Positions 48,795 to 58,549 are shown, counted from the stretch's first letter. The stretch is 64,000 nucleotides of DNA from a virus (IMGVR_UViG_3300020112_000604:64001-128000); one strand, 5' to 3'. Program-made: numbers and translations. The notes: generated from the sequence alone by a model not told the origin.

Positions 48795-50027
48795 TTACTC
48801 GTCTGGGAATGCTTTGTCTAAGTCTATATCTGTATACTTAACAACACCATCGTGGAAAGCTTTCATGGCGATATTCTTAATCTTGGACTGCATTTGTGCT
48901 GTAGCAATACCAACGGCACTCATTCCAATCATATAGAAGTAGTCGCCGATACATTTATTGCAGAACTGATGAGATGGTCCAATACCTTTGCACATAGAAC
49001 AATATCTCATCTTGACGGTCTTACCCTTATATTTATCGACAGTTGTGGAATCGAGTCTTACCAGATTCTTGCCGTCTACGATATATGAGTACATCATCTG
49101 TGATAAGTACTTTCCTTTGAGTGTAACCTCGATTGTTTCTGTAGTTCCACAGTCTGAACCTTTAGGACCAAGTACCAGGTTCTGGAATGAAAGAACGTAT
49201 TTCTTTTCGTTATAACCACCGGTCATTGTCTTTCTTGCACGAGCGTATGGACCTGCAGCAAGCGAGTTGGCCATGGCAGCATATTCATCTTTGCTAACTC
49301 CATCAACGTAGTTTGACAGCATAACGTTGTACTTACCTGTGATAGGGTCTTTAACAGCTCCCTTCATAACGTATGTGTTCTTGAAGTTGTTACCCCATGA
49401 ACCTACACCGCAATCGTAGTAGTCCATAGCAGGGTCATCCTTAAAGTATTCCTTAGCATATTTAAGAAGCTCGTTTTCGAGTTCAACGCCGGCAAGTGGG
49501 TCACCTGCAGCTATTCTGTCTTTATACTTTGGAAGAAGTTCTTTCTTCTTCTTGTTTATAGGTTCGGAAGCGTTAAACATTGCTTCTGTTGTTGAAACCG
49601 CAATAGCCGATGTATAAGACATAAACTTCTGCTGCTTCTGTAAGAATTCAAGTTCTACTTCGATAGGTATCTTATCTTCGTTTACCGCGTAAGCAACCTG
49701 TTCCGATATCTTACCGATATTCTTTTTGGTAAGGTCAAAGTTTACGTAACCAACTACGTCGGTTAACTTCTCTTCGATAAATGCTTTGTTGAAAATGAAT
49801 CTGCCTACAGTTGTAAGCACATCATTCTTGTTTTTGTGTCCTTCAGGACCAAAAGTTCCTGCAGGAATTGTCATGATATCGTATGTGTTGAATCTAGGAG
49901 GCTTACCCTCGAAAGATGCAAACAAGTTCATGAAGACAGACATCTTACATGCTTCATACGGAGTGAGTTTAAGTAATTCGTCCTGTTCTTCCTGAGTGAT
50001 AACTCGAGATATTCTTTTATTATTCAT
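48795..50027 (-). CDS. rpoC: Phage RNA polymerase beta-prime C-terminal subunit (probably virion RNAP)
   Basis: TTVGRFIFN, bridge-helix-like ARKTMTGGY, DCGT, RYCSMC...CNKCIG Zn site, trigger-loop-like MKAFHDG; late promoter at 50048-50059. Confidence 0.88.
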   Translation of the reverse strand: MNNKRISRVITQEEQDELLKLTPYEACKMSVFMNLFASFEGKPPRFNTYDIMTIPAGTFGPEGHKNKNDVLTTVGRFIFNKAFIEEKLTDVVGYVNFDLTKKNIGKISEQVAYAVNEDKIPIEVELEFLQKQQKFMSYTSAIAVSTTEAMFNASEPINKKKKELLPKYKDRIAAGDPLAGVELENELLKYAKEYFKDDPAMDYYDCGVGSWGNNFKNTYVMKGAVKDPITGKYNVMLSNYVDGVSKDEYAAMANSLAAGPYARARKTMTGGYNEKKYVLSFQNLVLGPKGSDCGTTETIEVTLKGKYLSQMMYSYIVDGKNLVRLDSTTVDKYKGKTVKMRYCSMCKGIGPSHQFCNKCIGDYFYMIGMSAVGIATAQMQSKIKNIAMKAFHDGVVKYTDIDLDKAFPDE

Positions 50028-50047
50028 GGTGTCGACCTCCTTTGTAT

Positions 50048-50059
50048 TATTTTATTGTT
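50048..50059 (-). promoter_or_regulatory. Late promoter AACA-N6-TA
   Basis: AACAATAAAATA on the minus strand. Confidence 0.65.
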
Positions 50060-50140
50060 CTAATAACACATATATAACTTAACTTTAACCTTATAGAATG
50101 CATGGTGAGTTCCGTTTCGGAACCCACTTTTGTAGTCGGT

Positions 50141-50159
50141 TTTTGACTTATATATTATA
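50141..50159 (+). promoter_or_regulatory. Early promoter TTTTGACTTATATATTATA
   Basis: Identical to 34147-34165 (minus strand). Confidence 0.7.
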
Positions 50160-50181
50160 AGAGTGAAAGGAGTGAACGCTA

Positions 50182-50661
50182 ATGGCAAAGTTAAACCTTG
50201 GTGATTCAAAAGAAAAACCGGTAGAAGAACTGCCGGAAGAATCAACACCGGAGGTTTCAACACCTCCAATTAGCAGAAAGCATGTAAAACGAACCATCGC
50301 TAAAGAATCGGCAATCATTGTCGAAGACATAACGTTGGTAATCACACAGAGAGGAGAAGAAACGCCATCGATATCTTTCCAGGTTACAATGGCACCATTT
50401 GAAGATGGTACTGTACCAGAAGTATTGATAACAACACCAATCACATTAACAGATAACGGATTCAGAAAGGGTATCATCTTAGGATGCATTTCTAACGAAA
50501 TGACAACCAAGTATCCGGATAGATACATATCTGATCCAACCGTGGTTGTTAATAATTACGCAACAGAAATTAGAAAGGAAGTAGACAAGTTCGATACGTT
50601 TAAAGATGATGTGCTGTACACATTACAGTACACATTCCAGTTAGACACCGACGTAGAGTAA
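50182..50661 (+). CDS. Hypothetical early protein
   Basis: 159 aa, GAAAGGAG RBS. Confidence 0.75.
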   Translation: MAKLNLGDSKEKPVEELPEESTPEVSTPPISRKHVKRTIAKESAIIVEDITLVITQRGEETPSISFQVTMAPFEDGTVPEVLITTPITLTDNGFRKGIILGCISNEMTTKYPDRYISDPTVVVNNYATEIRKEVDKFDTFKDDVLYTLQYTFQLDTDVE

Positions 50662-50673
50662 TAGGAGGAAAGT

Positions 50674-52281
50674 ATGAATATTACTGAACAGGATATTGTG
50701 GATTACAGAAGTACGATCCGATTCACATATGCGAATGACCCACATTATGACACAGACGTTCATGTCGAGATACTCAATCTTGATGAAGAACGAGTTAAAG
50801 ACATGAACACAGGTAAGGGCATGCTTATTACACATAAGCAGTCTCTTAAGGCTAATGTCGAGAAGAATAGAAACTCTATCTTCTCATCTTACTTCTTCGG
50901 TAAGAATCTTGGTGACGTTGGTTCACCACTTGAATCAGAATACAAATGTCCATGCGGATATGTATCAGGACATCTGTATAACGGTTCTATCTGTCCTAAA
51001 TGCAGACAGAAAGTACGTAAACTTGAAACAAGCTTTGATAAGTATGGATGGATAGTAATCAGAAATTATTATCTGATTCATCCAAATTTATACAGAGCAC
51101 TCGAAACCTTCTTAGGTGCTAAGGTTCTTAACGATATATGCATGCCTCTTATCGATCTTGATAAGAACGGTCTCACAATCGTAAAAGAACAGATGCTTAA
51201 ACAGGTTGCCAAATCAGGTAAGAAGAAACTGACGAGAGAAACTAAAGCTTCACAGGAGAACCCATTCATCGGTATAGGTATGATTGAGTTCCACGATCGT
51301 TTCGATGAGATAATGAAGTATTACTACAGCAAAGCTTCACGTTCAAAGAAAGAATTGTACGAACACATAATGAATAACCGTGACAAGTTATTCACGTCAT
51401 CAGTTCCGGTATATTCACTTCAGTTACGTCCATATGAGATAACCGACAACAAGTTCGTTCTTGAATCTGTAAACAAGAACTACAACATGATGGCATCGCA
51501 TGCTAACTATGTTAACAAACAGGACTGTGCATTCCAGAATAACCGTAAGAGTAAATCGGTTCTTCTTTACAAGATGCAGCAGTGCTGGAATGATATCTAT
51601 TGTCTTACAGAGAAACGTCTCTCTGGTAAGAAGGGAGACATCAGAGAATGCATGTCATACCGTTCTAACTTCTCTATTCGTAATATCATTACTCCTGCAG
51701 TAGATCTCGAAATAGATGAAGTAAGATTACCATATGCTGCATGTATCGAACTTCTCAGATTACAGCTTATCGCTATTCTTCAGAAGACACACGGCTATTC
51801 TTATGCACAGGCCTATGCTGCTTGGTATAACGCAAAGCTTGTGCCTAATAAAGAAATGAAGAATCTTATGATGAGCATTATTAATGATTCACCATATGGT
51901 GGACTCCCTTGTTTGCTCAACAGAAACCCAACTATCAGCTTTGGTTCTATCTTATTCGTTAAGTGCGTTGGTATCAATGATAACTACGCATGTTCGGTAA
52001 GTAACCTCATTCTGAAATTGATCGCAGGTGACTTTGACGGCGACACAGTAACAATCTTGTATCTTATGAATCATGACATTATTATGAGAAGCATGATCAA
52101 CCTTAGCCCTATGAATGCGATGGTTATCAGTAAGAATGATGGCATGTTCAATGACGATGTAAATCTCCAGACCGAGGCTATTATATCTCTTAACAGCTTC
52201 AGACGTCTTGCTACACAGTACACCGAAGACGAGGAAGAAAACATTGCTCATCTCTTAACATTAAGACCTGAAGAAGAATAA
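50674..52281 (+). CDS. rpoC: Phage RNA polymerase beta-prime N-terminal catalytic subunit (probably non-virion RNAP)
   Basis: CPCG...CPKC Zn finger, LSGKKG, LLNRNPT, catalytic GDFDGD. Confidence 0.92.
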   Translation: MNITEQDIVDYRSTIRFTYANDPHYDTDVHVEILNLDEERVKDMNTGKGMLITHKQSLKANVEKNRNSIFSSYFFGKNLGDVGSPLESEYKCPCGYVSGHLYNGSICPKCRQKVRKLETSFDKYGWIVIRNYYLIHPNLYRALETFLGAKVLNDICMPLIDLDKNGLTIVKEQMLKQVAKSGKKKLTRETKASQENPFIGIGMIEFHDRFDEIMKYYYSKASRSKKELYEHIMNNRDKLFTSSVPVYSLQLRPYEITDNKFVLESVNKNYNMMASHANYVNKQDCAFQNNRKSKSVLLYKMQQCWNDIYCLTEKRLSGKKGDIRECMSYRSNFSIRNIITPAVDLEIDEVRLPYAACIELLRLQLIAILQKTHGYSYAQAYAAWYNAKLVPNKEMKNLMMSIINDSPYGGLPCLLNRNPTISFGSILFVKCVGINDNYACSVSNLILKLIAGDFDGDTVTILYLMNHDIIMRSMINLSPMNAMVISKNDGMFNDDVNLQTEAIISLNSFRRLATQYTEDEEENIAHLLTLRPEEE

Positions 52282-52291
52282 CGCAATAAAT

Positions 52292-52318
52292 GTCCGGTAG
52301 GGTAATTCCCTACCGGAC
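52292..52318. terminator. Bidirectional terminator
   Basis: GTCCGGTAGGG/CCCTACCGGAC with T-run. Confidence 0.8.
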
Positions 52319-52327
52319 TTTATTTTT

Positions 52328-53131
52328 TTATCGGATTGAGCAGAAGTTGTAAGATTCTTCTTTAGAGTCAGATTCGTCAAGATCTTTCGCTTTAGCCTTA
52401 GTGTCGATATGCTTAGCAACGTATTTCAATACGGTAATATCGTTGGCGTTCGCGTTAAGATATGCCGTCCACATAACTATATATGCACGTATTACCTTGG
52501 TCATCTTTGTCTGCATATCTTTAGTGACTTCATCTTCGTTAACAAAGAATGAACCACTTTCTACTTTCTTTATAAATTCCTTAGCAGACTTAATCTTCAG
52601 TTTATCATATCGTATCTCTGATGCTTTAGATGTATTATGATGAAACTCGAAGAAGTACTCGTCTATGTCTAAATCCGAATACTTAATGTTTCTTGTTACT
52701 GAAAGATCCATAGAGTTAAAAAGGTCAGCAACTGCAACTATTGCGTCAGAAGGTTCTTCAGCGTAACGGTTTTTCAATTCGTCGACATAATTGTAAATTA
52801 CTTCACTTAGACTGTGATGAGCCGCGAGTTCATCGTACGTATCATGTAGTTGATCTACTTTTTCTCTGAATCCTGGGGTACCGGCTGGTAACTTCTTAAG
52901 ACCCGTAATAGTTCCGTCTTCACCCTCTTTGGTGAGCTTAAAGGCGTGGCTCGATATCTTTTCATACAGTTCTTTGTATTTCTGGTCTTTTAACTTAGCC
53001 ACGATCGCCTGAATTCCATCAAGTATAATCTTAAGACGGTCAACCAGTTTCTTAAGCACGGCTTTGAACGCTTCTTTAATGCGTCCTTCGTTGACTACTG
53101 TATAGTCGAATGATTCTAAGCATATATCCAT
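52328..53131 (-). CDS. Paralog family member 4 (MDICLES...), putative head-internal protein
   Basis: N-terminal MDICLESFDYTVVNEG, C-terminal KEESYNFCSIR. Confidence 0.75.
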   Translation of the reverse strand: MDICLESFDYTVVNEGRIKEAFKAVLKKLVDRLKIILDGIQAIVAKLKDQKYKELYEKISSHAFKLTKEGEDGTITGLKKLPAGTPGFREKVDQLHDTYDELAAHHSLSEVIYNYVDELKNRYAEEPSDAIVAVADLFNSMDLSVTRNIKYSDLDIDEYFFEFHHNTSKASEIRYDKLKIKSAKEFIKKVESGSFFVNEDEVTKDMQTKMTKVIRAYIVMWTAYLNANANDITVLKYVAKHIDTKAKAKDLDESDSKEESYNFCSIR

Positions 53132-53144
53132 ATATGTAGCTTCC

Positions 53145-54334
53145 TTATCTGATTGTACAGAAATTGAATGATTCTTCTTTGATCGAATCTTCCTTTTCTT
53201 TGTATATTTCGCACAGAGTATTTTTCCAAGCTTTTTCTAACGCATTACTTATATCATAGTAGAACAATGTACACGTATGTGCACGGCGTAATAAAATAAG
53301 CGCGTCTGTAGCTATTCCGTGAAGATATAAGTAATTGTCCTTTAAAAAATCAGCACATGCATTGTCGGTAATTTGCTCACGTATGCTTTCTACACTTTTT
53401 TTGCACTTGTTTATTGCTTCGTCAAGCTCGTCTGCCATACGTGTTACTTTGGGTGATTTTATATAATATGGTATGTCGTTATCACAATACTTCATTGTGT
53501 CTATACCTTTGCTAAATCCGTAATCGTATATGATTTTGGTCAGTTTATTATCGCGGATATCGTCGTACGAATACTCAGCCTTGTTGCTCTCATTAAATTT
53601 ATCTAAAGCATTTTCAGCATCGTTAAGTGTAGTAATTTTGCTATCCGAATAATTGCTAGCAATCTTAATTAAAGTGCTTACGTGTCCATCGATGACGGAC
53701 TGACGAGCATTGCCAGATACAATAGCACACACCGCTGAAATGATGGATATAACGTCTTTAGATACATCTTCGTAATGGTCATGAAAGTATTCCATCTTTT
53801 CGATAGGCAAACAAAGTTCAATTGTCATATTCTTAAGATAATCGTCCATATGCTTGCGTATTTCTGATTCAGATGTGCTGCGCATAATCTTTACGTACTT
53901 ACGTTTAGCTGCATCGGTGTGAGTAAACACGTTATTATCGCCGTCGCCCATATATGTAGGCATGTTAGCCAAAAGCTTTTCTTCCTCCGGAGTAGTATGT
54001 GTCTGTTTAGGCGCATCATCCCTGTTTTCGTTGTCGTTGGTTTTTGCTTCTGGTGCAGACTGCGTCTGCTTAGACTTAGTCTCTTCGGTATCATTACCGT
54101 TGGATTTAGTAACTTCAGGCTTAGATGCAGAAGTTTTATTTTCACTAGATGTATTAGTTTTGGCGTTGTTCTCTTCAGATTTTCTACGTTTGTCAAGCTT
54201 CTCGCGTATCTTAGCGAACGCGGACTTTATCTTGTCGAGCAGGCCAGAAGAGCACTTTTGATCCTAGAGACAATACTTCCAATTTTACCTTCGTTGACTA
54301 CAGTATAGTCAAACGATTCTAAACATATGTCCAT
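53145..54334 (-). pseudogene. Paralog family member 3, interrupted by a one-base deletion near 54245
   Basis: ATG 54334 reads MDICLESFDYTVVNEGKIGSIVSRIKSALL then stops; the -1 frame continues GLLDKIKSAFAKIREKL into ORF 53145..53972, colinear with the 54348 paralog. Confidence 0.75.
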
Positions 54335-54347
54335 ATTATAACCTCCA

Positions 54348-55430
54348 TTATCTGATTGTACAGAAATTGAATGATTCTTCTTTGATTGAATCTTCTTTCT
54401 CGTGATATATATCAGCTATTGCTTTTTTGTAACCTGTCGCAAAAACTGCGGAAAATGACATATAATGTGTAGTAGAAGCATAGCAACTGGATAAAATGTG
54501 TAATGCCGATGTTGCTATATCGGATAAAAGCTTGAATGATTCCGTTGAACGTTCGTCCGCAGCGTCAACTTTGGCTTCTATACTTTTTATCGATGCTTTA
54601 CATTCATCCAAACATTTCTCACATTTGCCAAGCATTGCATCATTTGTATTTAGAGAACTGCAGTACGATATATCAGGTTCTCCTGCGTTATATTTTAATT
54701 TCGTAACATCATGACAATCATGTTCATATATGGTTTTATACAACGAACTGTTTTTAATTTCGCTTGCTTTGTATGTGGTCCATTTGTCATCTTCCACGAA
54801 TTTCTTCAGAGCAGTCGCAGCGTCTTCGAAGTTATTTATACTTGAATCAAAGTCACGAGCGCCGTGTATAATAGCTCCCATCATATGTTGTTTTAACCCA
54901 GCGCCAGCGCCGCTAGATAAAGCCATCGAAACCGATTTTACGATTCCTGTTACAGAGTAGCATATCTTTTTATAATTATCATGGTAGTATTCCATTTTAT
55001 CTATTGGAGCACTTAGTTTAATGTCTACTTCGTCAATGTATTTGTTTGCTCGTTTTATTATTTCTGAATCAGGGGTACTATTCATAATCTTAACAAATTT
55101 TCGTCTTGCAGTTTCCGAAGTTAAATCTAAACCGCCGTGAGATGCGCCGAATCTAATTCTTGGCACAAGACTAAGCAGCTTCTCTTCTTCGGCGGTAAGC
55201 TGTACCTGTTTAGGATTAGATTCACTATCCGATTTACCAGAAGGTGCTGTTGAATTTTCTGGTGCAGTCTTCTTCTTAGATAATTTCTCGCGGATTTTAG
55301 CAAATGCAGCTTTAATCTTGCCGATTAAAGATAATAAGGCTTCTTTTATCTTAGTAATAATACTGCCAATCTTACTTTCGTTAACTACATCGTTGTTGGT
55401 GTAGTTGAATGATTCTAAACATATGTCCAT
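54348..55430 (-). CDS. Paralog family member 2, putative head-internal protein
   Basis: MDICLESFNY...VVNES; C-terminal KEESFNFCTIR. Confidence 0.78.
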   Translation of the reverse strand: MDICLESFNYTNNDVVNESKIGSIITKIKEALLSLIGKIKAAFAKIREKLSKKKTAPENSTAPSGKSDSESNPKQVQLTAEEEKLLSLVPRIRFGASHGGLDLTSETARRKFVKIMNSTPDSEIIKRANKYIDEVDIKLSAPIDKMEYYHDNYKKICYSVTGIVKSVSMALSSGAGAGLKQHMMGAIIHGARDFDSSINNFEDAATALKKFVEDDKWTTYKASEIKNSSLYKTIYEHDCHDVTKLKYNAGEPDISYCSSLNTNDAMLGKCEKCLDECKASIKSIEAKVDAADERSTESFKLLSDIATSALHILSSCYASTTHYMSFSAVFATGYKKAIADIYHEKEDSIKEESFNFCTIR

Positions 55431-55454
55431 AATATATAACCTCCTTAAGTATTA

Positions 55455-56351
55455 TTAATCTGTGTCAGTGAATCGCCCACTTGACACGTAGTATTCACCG
55501 TTAGTTTTTGACTTCTTGGTAACGACTCTATAACACGCTATCATAATAACAGTAATATTCTTTGCATATTCTGCCACGCGTGAAAAAGTTTGTTCAGCAA
55601 AAAACTGAGTATTGGTGACATACGAGTTCAGCATAGACATGTTAGATGTAGGGATTTCTTTGTTCTTATGTTTAGCCTTTATCTTTTCGGCTTCAACAAT
55701 AAATTTATCGATACTTGATTTGACCGTAGCTTCAATCTTATCTACATGTGCGAATGAAAGCTCACGTTTATTATATTCATTGAGGTCAACAATCTCACTC
55801 AGTTTAGCACCATTTTTGAACTGAGATTCTGACCAATTAGCGTGGTCTTCGAATATGCGGTTGAATTCATCTCTTGGGTCGTCATTACTGAGACCCAATA
55901 CTGTACCACTTCCGAATTTGTCTTTGAACCATTCATTTAAGAATCCCATACGAGTAGTTGCTACAAATTTGTCATCTGACAATGTATAATTGTCAAAATA
56001 TTTATCCATATAGTCGTTTATCTCTAACAAATCCGTGCATAATTTTTCTATACCACCATTACGCATTATTATAGGACTATAAGCTGTGATGTACTTTATA
56101 GTGATATCATCATATTTATTAGGGTTTTTAAAGTATTTATTAACAGCAGCTTCAATATCTTTGCGCTGAATATTCTTAACCAAGCCATCAACTTTTGATT
56201 TGAGTTTAACAAACAATCCAGCAATCTTTTCACCAAGGTCTTTTAAAAACTGTATGAACTTAGCGAAAATGCCGTCTAAAACTTTTCCGGCCTTTTCACC
56301 AAGACCTTCGTTAACTACAGTGTAGTTAAACGATTCTAAACATATATCCAT
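55455..56351 (-). CDS. Paralog family member 1, putative head-internal protein
   Basis: MDICLESFNYTVVNEG from ATG 56351; AACT-N6-TA at 56384-56395. Confidence 0.78.
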   Translation of the reverse strand: MDICLESFNYTVVNEGLGEKAGKVLDGIFAKFIQFLKDLGEKIAGLFVKLKSKVDGLVKNIQRKDIEAAVNKYFKNPNKYDDITIKYITAYSPIIMRNGGIEKLCTDLLEINDYMDKYFDNYTLSDDKFVATTRMGFLNEWFKDKFGSGTVLGLSNDDPRDEFNRIFEDHANWSESQFKNGAKLSEIVDLNEYNKRELSFAHVDKIEATVKSSIDKFIVEAEKIKAKHKNKEIPTSNMSMLNSYVTNTQFFAEQTFSRVAEYAKNITVIMIACYRVVTKKSKTNGEYYVSSGRFTDTD

Positions 56352-56414
56352 AATATACAACCTCCTTAAGTATTCAAATACGTTATTAAAAAGTTGAAGT
56401 GGAAAGTTACGTAT

Positions 56415-56495
56415 TTCAGTTGTATATTATTATAGTGATAAGGAACAAGTGCATCACCTTATCTAATAAATTAAATCGCCTATGATGCAGGGCAT
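56415..56495 (+). repeat. Early promoter plus structured leader, copy 2
   Basis: Near-identical to 36800-36879 (minus strand). Confidence 0.85.
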
Positions 56496-56519
56496 ATATG
56501 TACTTAGGAGGTACTAATA

Positions 56520-56789
56520 ATGAAAACAGCTATCAACAACTACATGAAGAAGAATAACATCTACGGCGCTATTGCTCACTCAGAACTGAGCACCGTAAAC
56601 AAGGTGCTCGGCTGTATTTATACAGCCGTTGGTGCCGCTACAATCGGTGCAGCCATTGGCTTCATCGAAAGTGATGTACTCACAAATGACGGTAAAAACG
56701 TCAAGGCCGTTGTACATAAGACTAAGGTTATGTGCAAGAAAATAGCACAGACTACTGTAGAATACGCTAAGGAAATGAACAGAAAGTAA
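56520..56789 (+). CDS. Small early protein with one hydrophobic segment
   Basis: 89 aa, AGGAGG RBS. Confidence 0.75.
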   Translation: MKTAINNYMKKNNIYGAIAHSELSTVNKVLGCIYTAVGAATIGAAIGFIESDVLTNDGKNVKAVVHKTKVMCKKIAQTTVEYAKEMNRK

Positions 56790-56802
56790 GGAGTGTCATA
56801 CT

Positions 56803-57175
56803 ATGAAAGTAAAAATATTCACAACAAGTTCTTGGAATGCGTCAAATCTCGAAAGCGAGGCTAATCGTTGGCTCGAAAAAAAATGATGTCGACATAATCG
56901 ACATCAAAATTGCAGGAACTCAGGATAGAGCCATATTTGTATTAATGTACGAAGAGAAACCAGCAGCCTCAATGTCGGTAGAAGAAGCCATGATTGAAGC
57001 GGCACGTGCAGGAGCAATATTGACAAGGAACAATGACGTTCCGAAAGAATCACCAAAACCAAGTCCGTGCGGATTTTGTTCTCTCTGCCCGGCAGACTCA
57101 AACGTGTGTCCGATAACCGGAAAGGATATCAACAAAGTCGACACGTGTTCTGAAAAGAAAATCGACATAAAGTAA
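56803..57175 (+). CDS. Cse60-like protein with Cys-rich tail, frameshifted at an A8 run
   Basis: MKVKIF...LESEANRWLE from ATG 56803 stops after A8 (56876-56883); A7 gives KNDVDIIDIKIAG...VLMYEE, a Cse60-family-like pattern. Confidence 0.6.
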
Positions 57176-57305
57176 ACACAAAACGCAGAAGAACCGGGAT
57201 ACCTATCTAAGGTATCCCGGGTGTCTTTTGTGATATTATTTTTTTTATTTCAGCATTGTTGTGAGCTAGTCTCACATGTCATTTCCGTAATTAGAACAAT
57301 CAGAA

Positions 57306-58271
57306 TTACGCTCGATAAAAATGGTTGTACCATCCATCGCCCCACCATGAATCCGCTCCGGTTTCCCAATATCCAGAATCCCAGAAACCAGATTCTCCGT
57401 ATGTGAAGTAATAATCGATCGCGTCGCTCATAGATGAAGCTGCGACACCGCTATAATATGTGTATCCTGGGGTATATCCGTATGGTACACATGCCGTATA
57501 TATAAAAGCCTCTATAGACCAGCCATTTCTGTTACATGCGTTAAATGTTGCAGCAACAATCTTAGCACGTTCCACAAGAGACGCGCTTCCATATTCGTTA
57601 GCTATAAGACCACATAATAAGTTGTATTCGTAATCAGACATGCTAACGTTTCCACTTATATTAACCGGTTCCGGAACCGGTTCGATATATTCTATGTATC
57701 CTTCACACTGCACACCACATTCTGTGCAGAGTCTTGCTTCTAATCCATCCGCATTATCTATTTTATATGCATCGCCACAATTCCAGTGACATGTATTCTT
57801 GTGAATATAATGTGTACTTGGTTTGTATACCAAGTATTCTTCTACGATTGGTGCCGGTGTAGTCTCTTCTACGTTTCTATCACATGGTTCTGGAAGTGGC
57901 TCAGGCTTCGGAACCGGTGTAGGTGTAGCTTCCTCTCTCACCGTAGGAATATTAGTCGTAGGAACTTCTTCCTTAGAATCAGCAACAGTGGATGCTACAG
58001 CTGTTGTTGAAGTAGTAACTGCTGAGTTGGTTGTAATGCTTGTTGTTACATAGGAAGTAGTTGTTTCTTTCATTGTTGTTGATGAAGAACTTGTAACGAG
58101 ACTACCGTCGTCAGATACTGTAGTAACAGCTGTTGTTACAGTGTTACCCTTGGCACACTCTGTTGATCCGTTCTTCTTGGTTACACCTATAACAACACAA
58201 AGTATTGTTATAAATATAATTGCTGAAATAGTTATCACCTTGACAATTTTAGAATTACTACTAGATTTCAT
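57306..58271 (-). CDS. Membrane-anchored protein: Thr/Pro linker, Cys/His module, SleB-like hydrolase domain
   Basis: N-terminal TM; HYIHKNTC...CTEC; YNLLCGLIANEYG resembles the SleB catalytic-Glu helix; AACT-N6-TA at 58310-58321. Confidence 0.6.
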   Translation of the reverse strand: MKSSSNSKIVKVITISAIIFITILCVVIGVTKKNGSTECAKGNTVTTAVTTVSDDGSLVTSSSSTTMKETTTSYVTTSITTNSAVTTSTTAVASTVADSKEEVPTTNIPTVREEATPTPVPKPEPLPEPCDRNVEETTPAPIVEEYLVYKPSTHYIHKNTCHWNCGDAYKIDNADGLEARLCTECGVQCEGYIEYIEPVPEPVNISGNVSMSDYEYNLLCGLIANEYGSASLVERAKIVAATFNACNRNGWSIEAFIYTACVPYGYTPGYTYYSGVAASSMSDAIDYYFTYGESGFWDSGYWETGADSWWGDGWYNHFYRA

Positions 58272-58375
58272 TATAAACCTCCTTCTATCCCTAGGATCCT
58301 CCTAGCGATTATAGACTAGTTAGGTTTATAGTTAAAAAGTAAAAATATTACACGTTAAACTATAACATTTAAAAT

Positions 58376-58490
58376 AAGAGTGCTAGAATCTTCTCTAAAT
58401 CTCTGTTATTTCTCCAAATTTGTGTTCGGTTTCATGTAATTCCTTTCCTATGGTCCCAGTACGATTATATCGTACTGGGAATCTTTTGCG
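58376..58490 (+). ncRNA. Putative small RNA with anti-RBS segment
   Basis: AACA-N7-TA at 58364-58376; GGTTTCATGTAATTCCTTTCCC; own terminator CCCAGTACGAT/ATCGTACTGGG. Confidence 0.45.
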
Positions 58491-58549
58491 AAAAAGACCC
58501 CGTAGGCTATATTGGCCTACGGGTCTCTAATAGATGCTGTTATTTGTTT

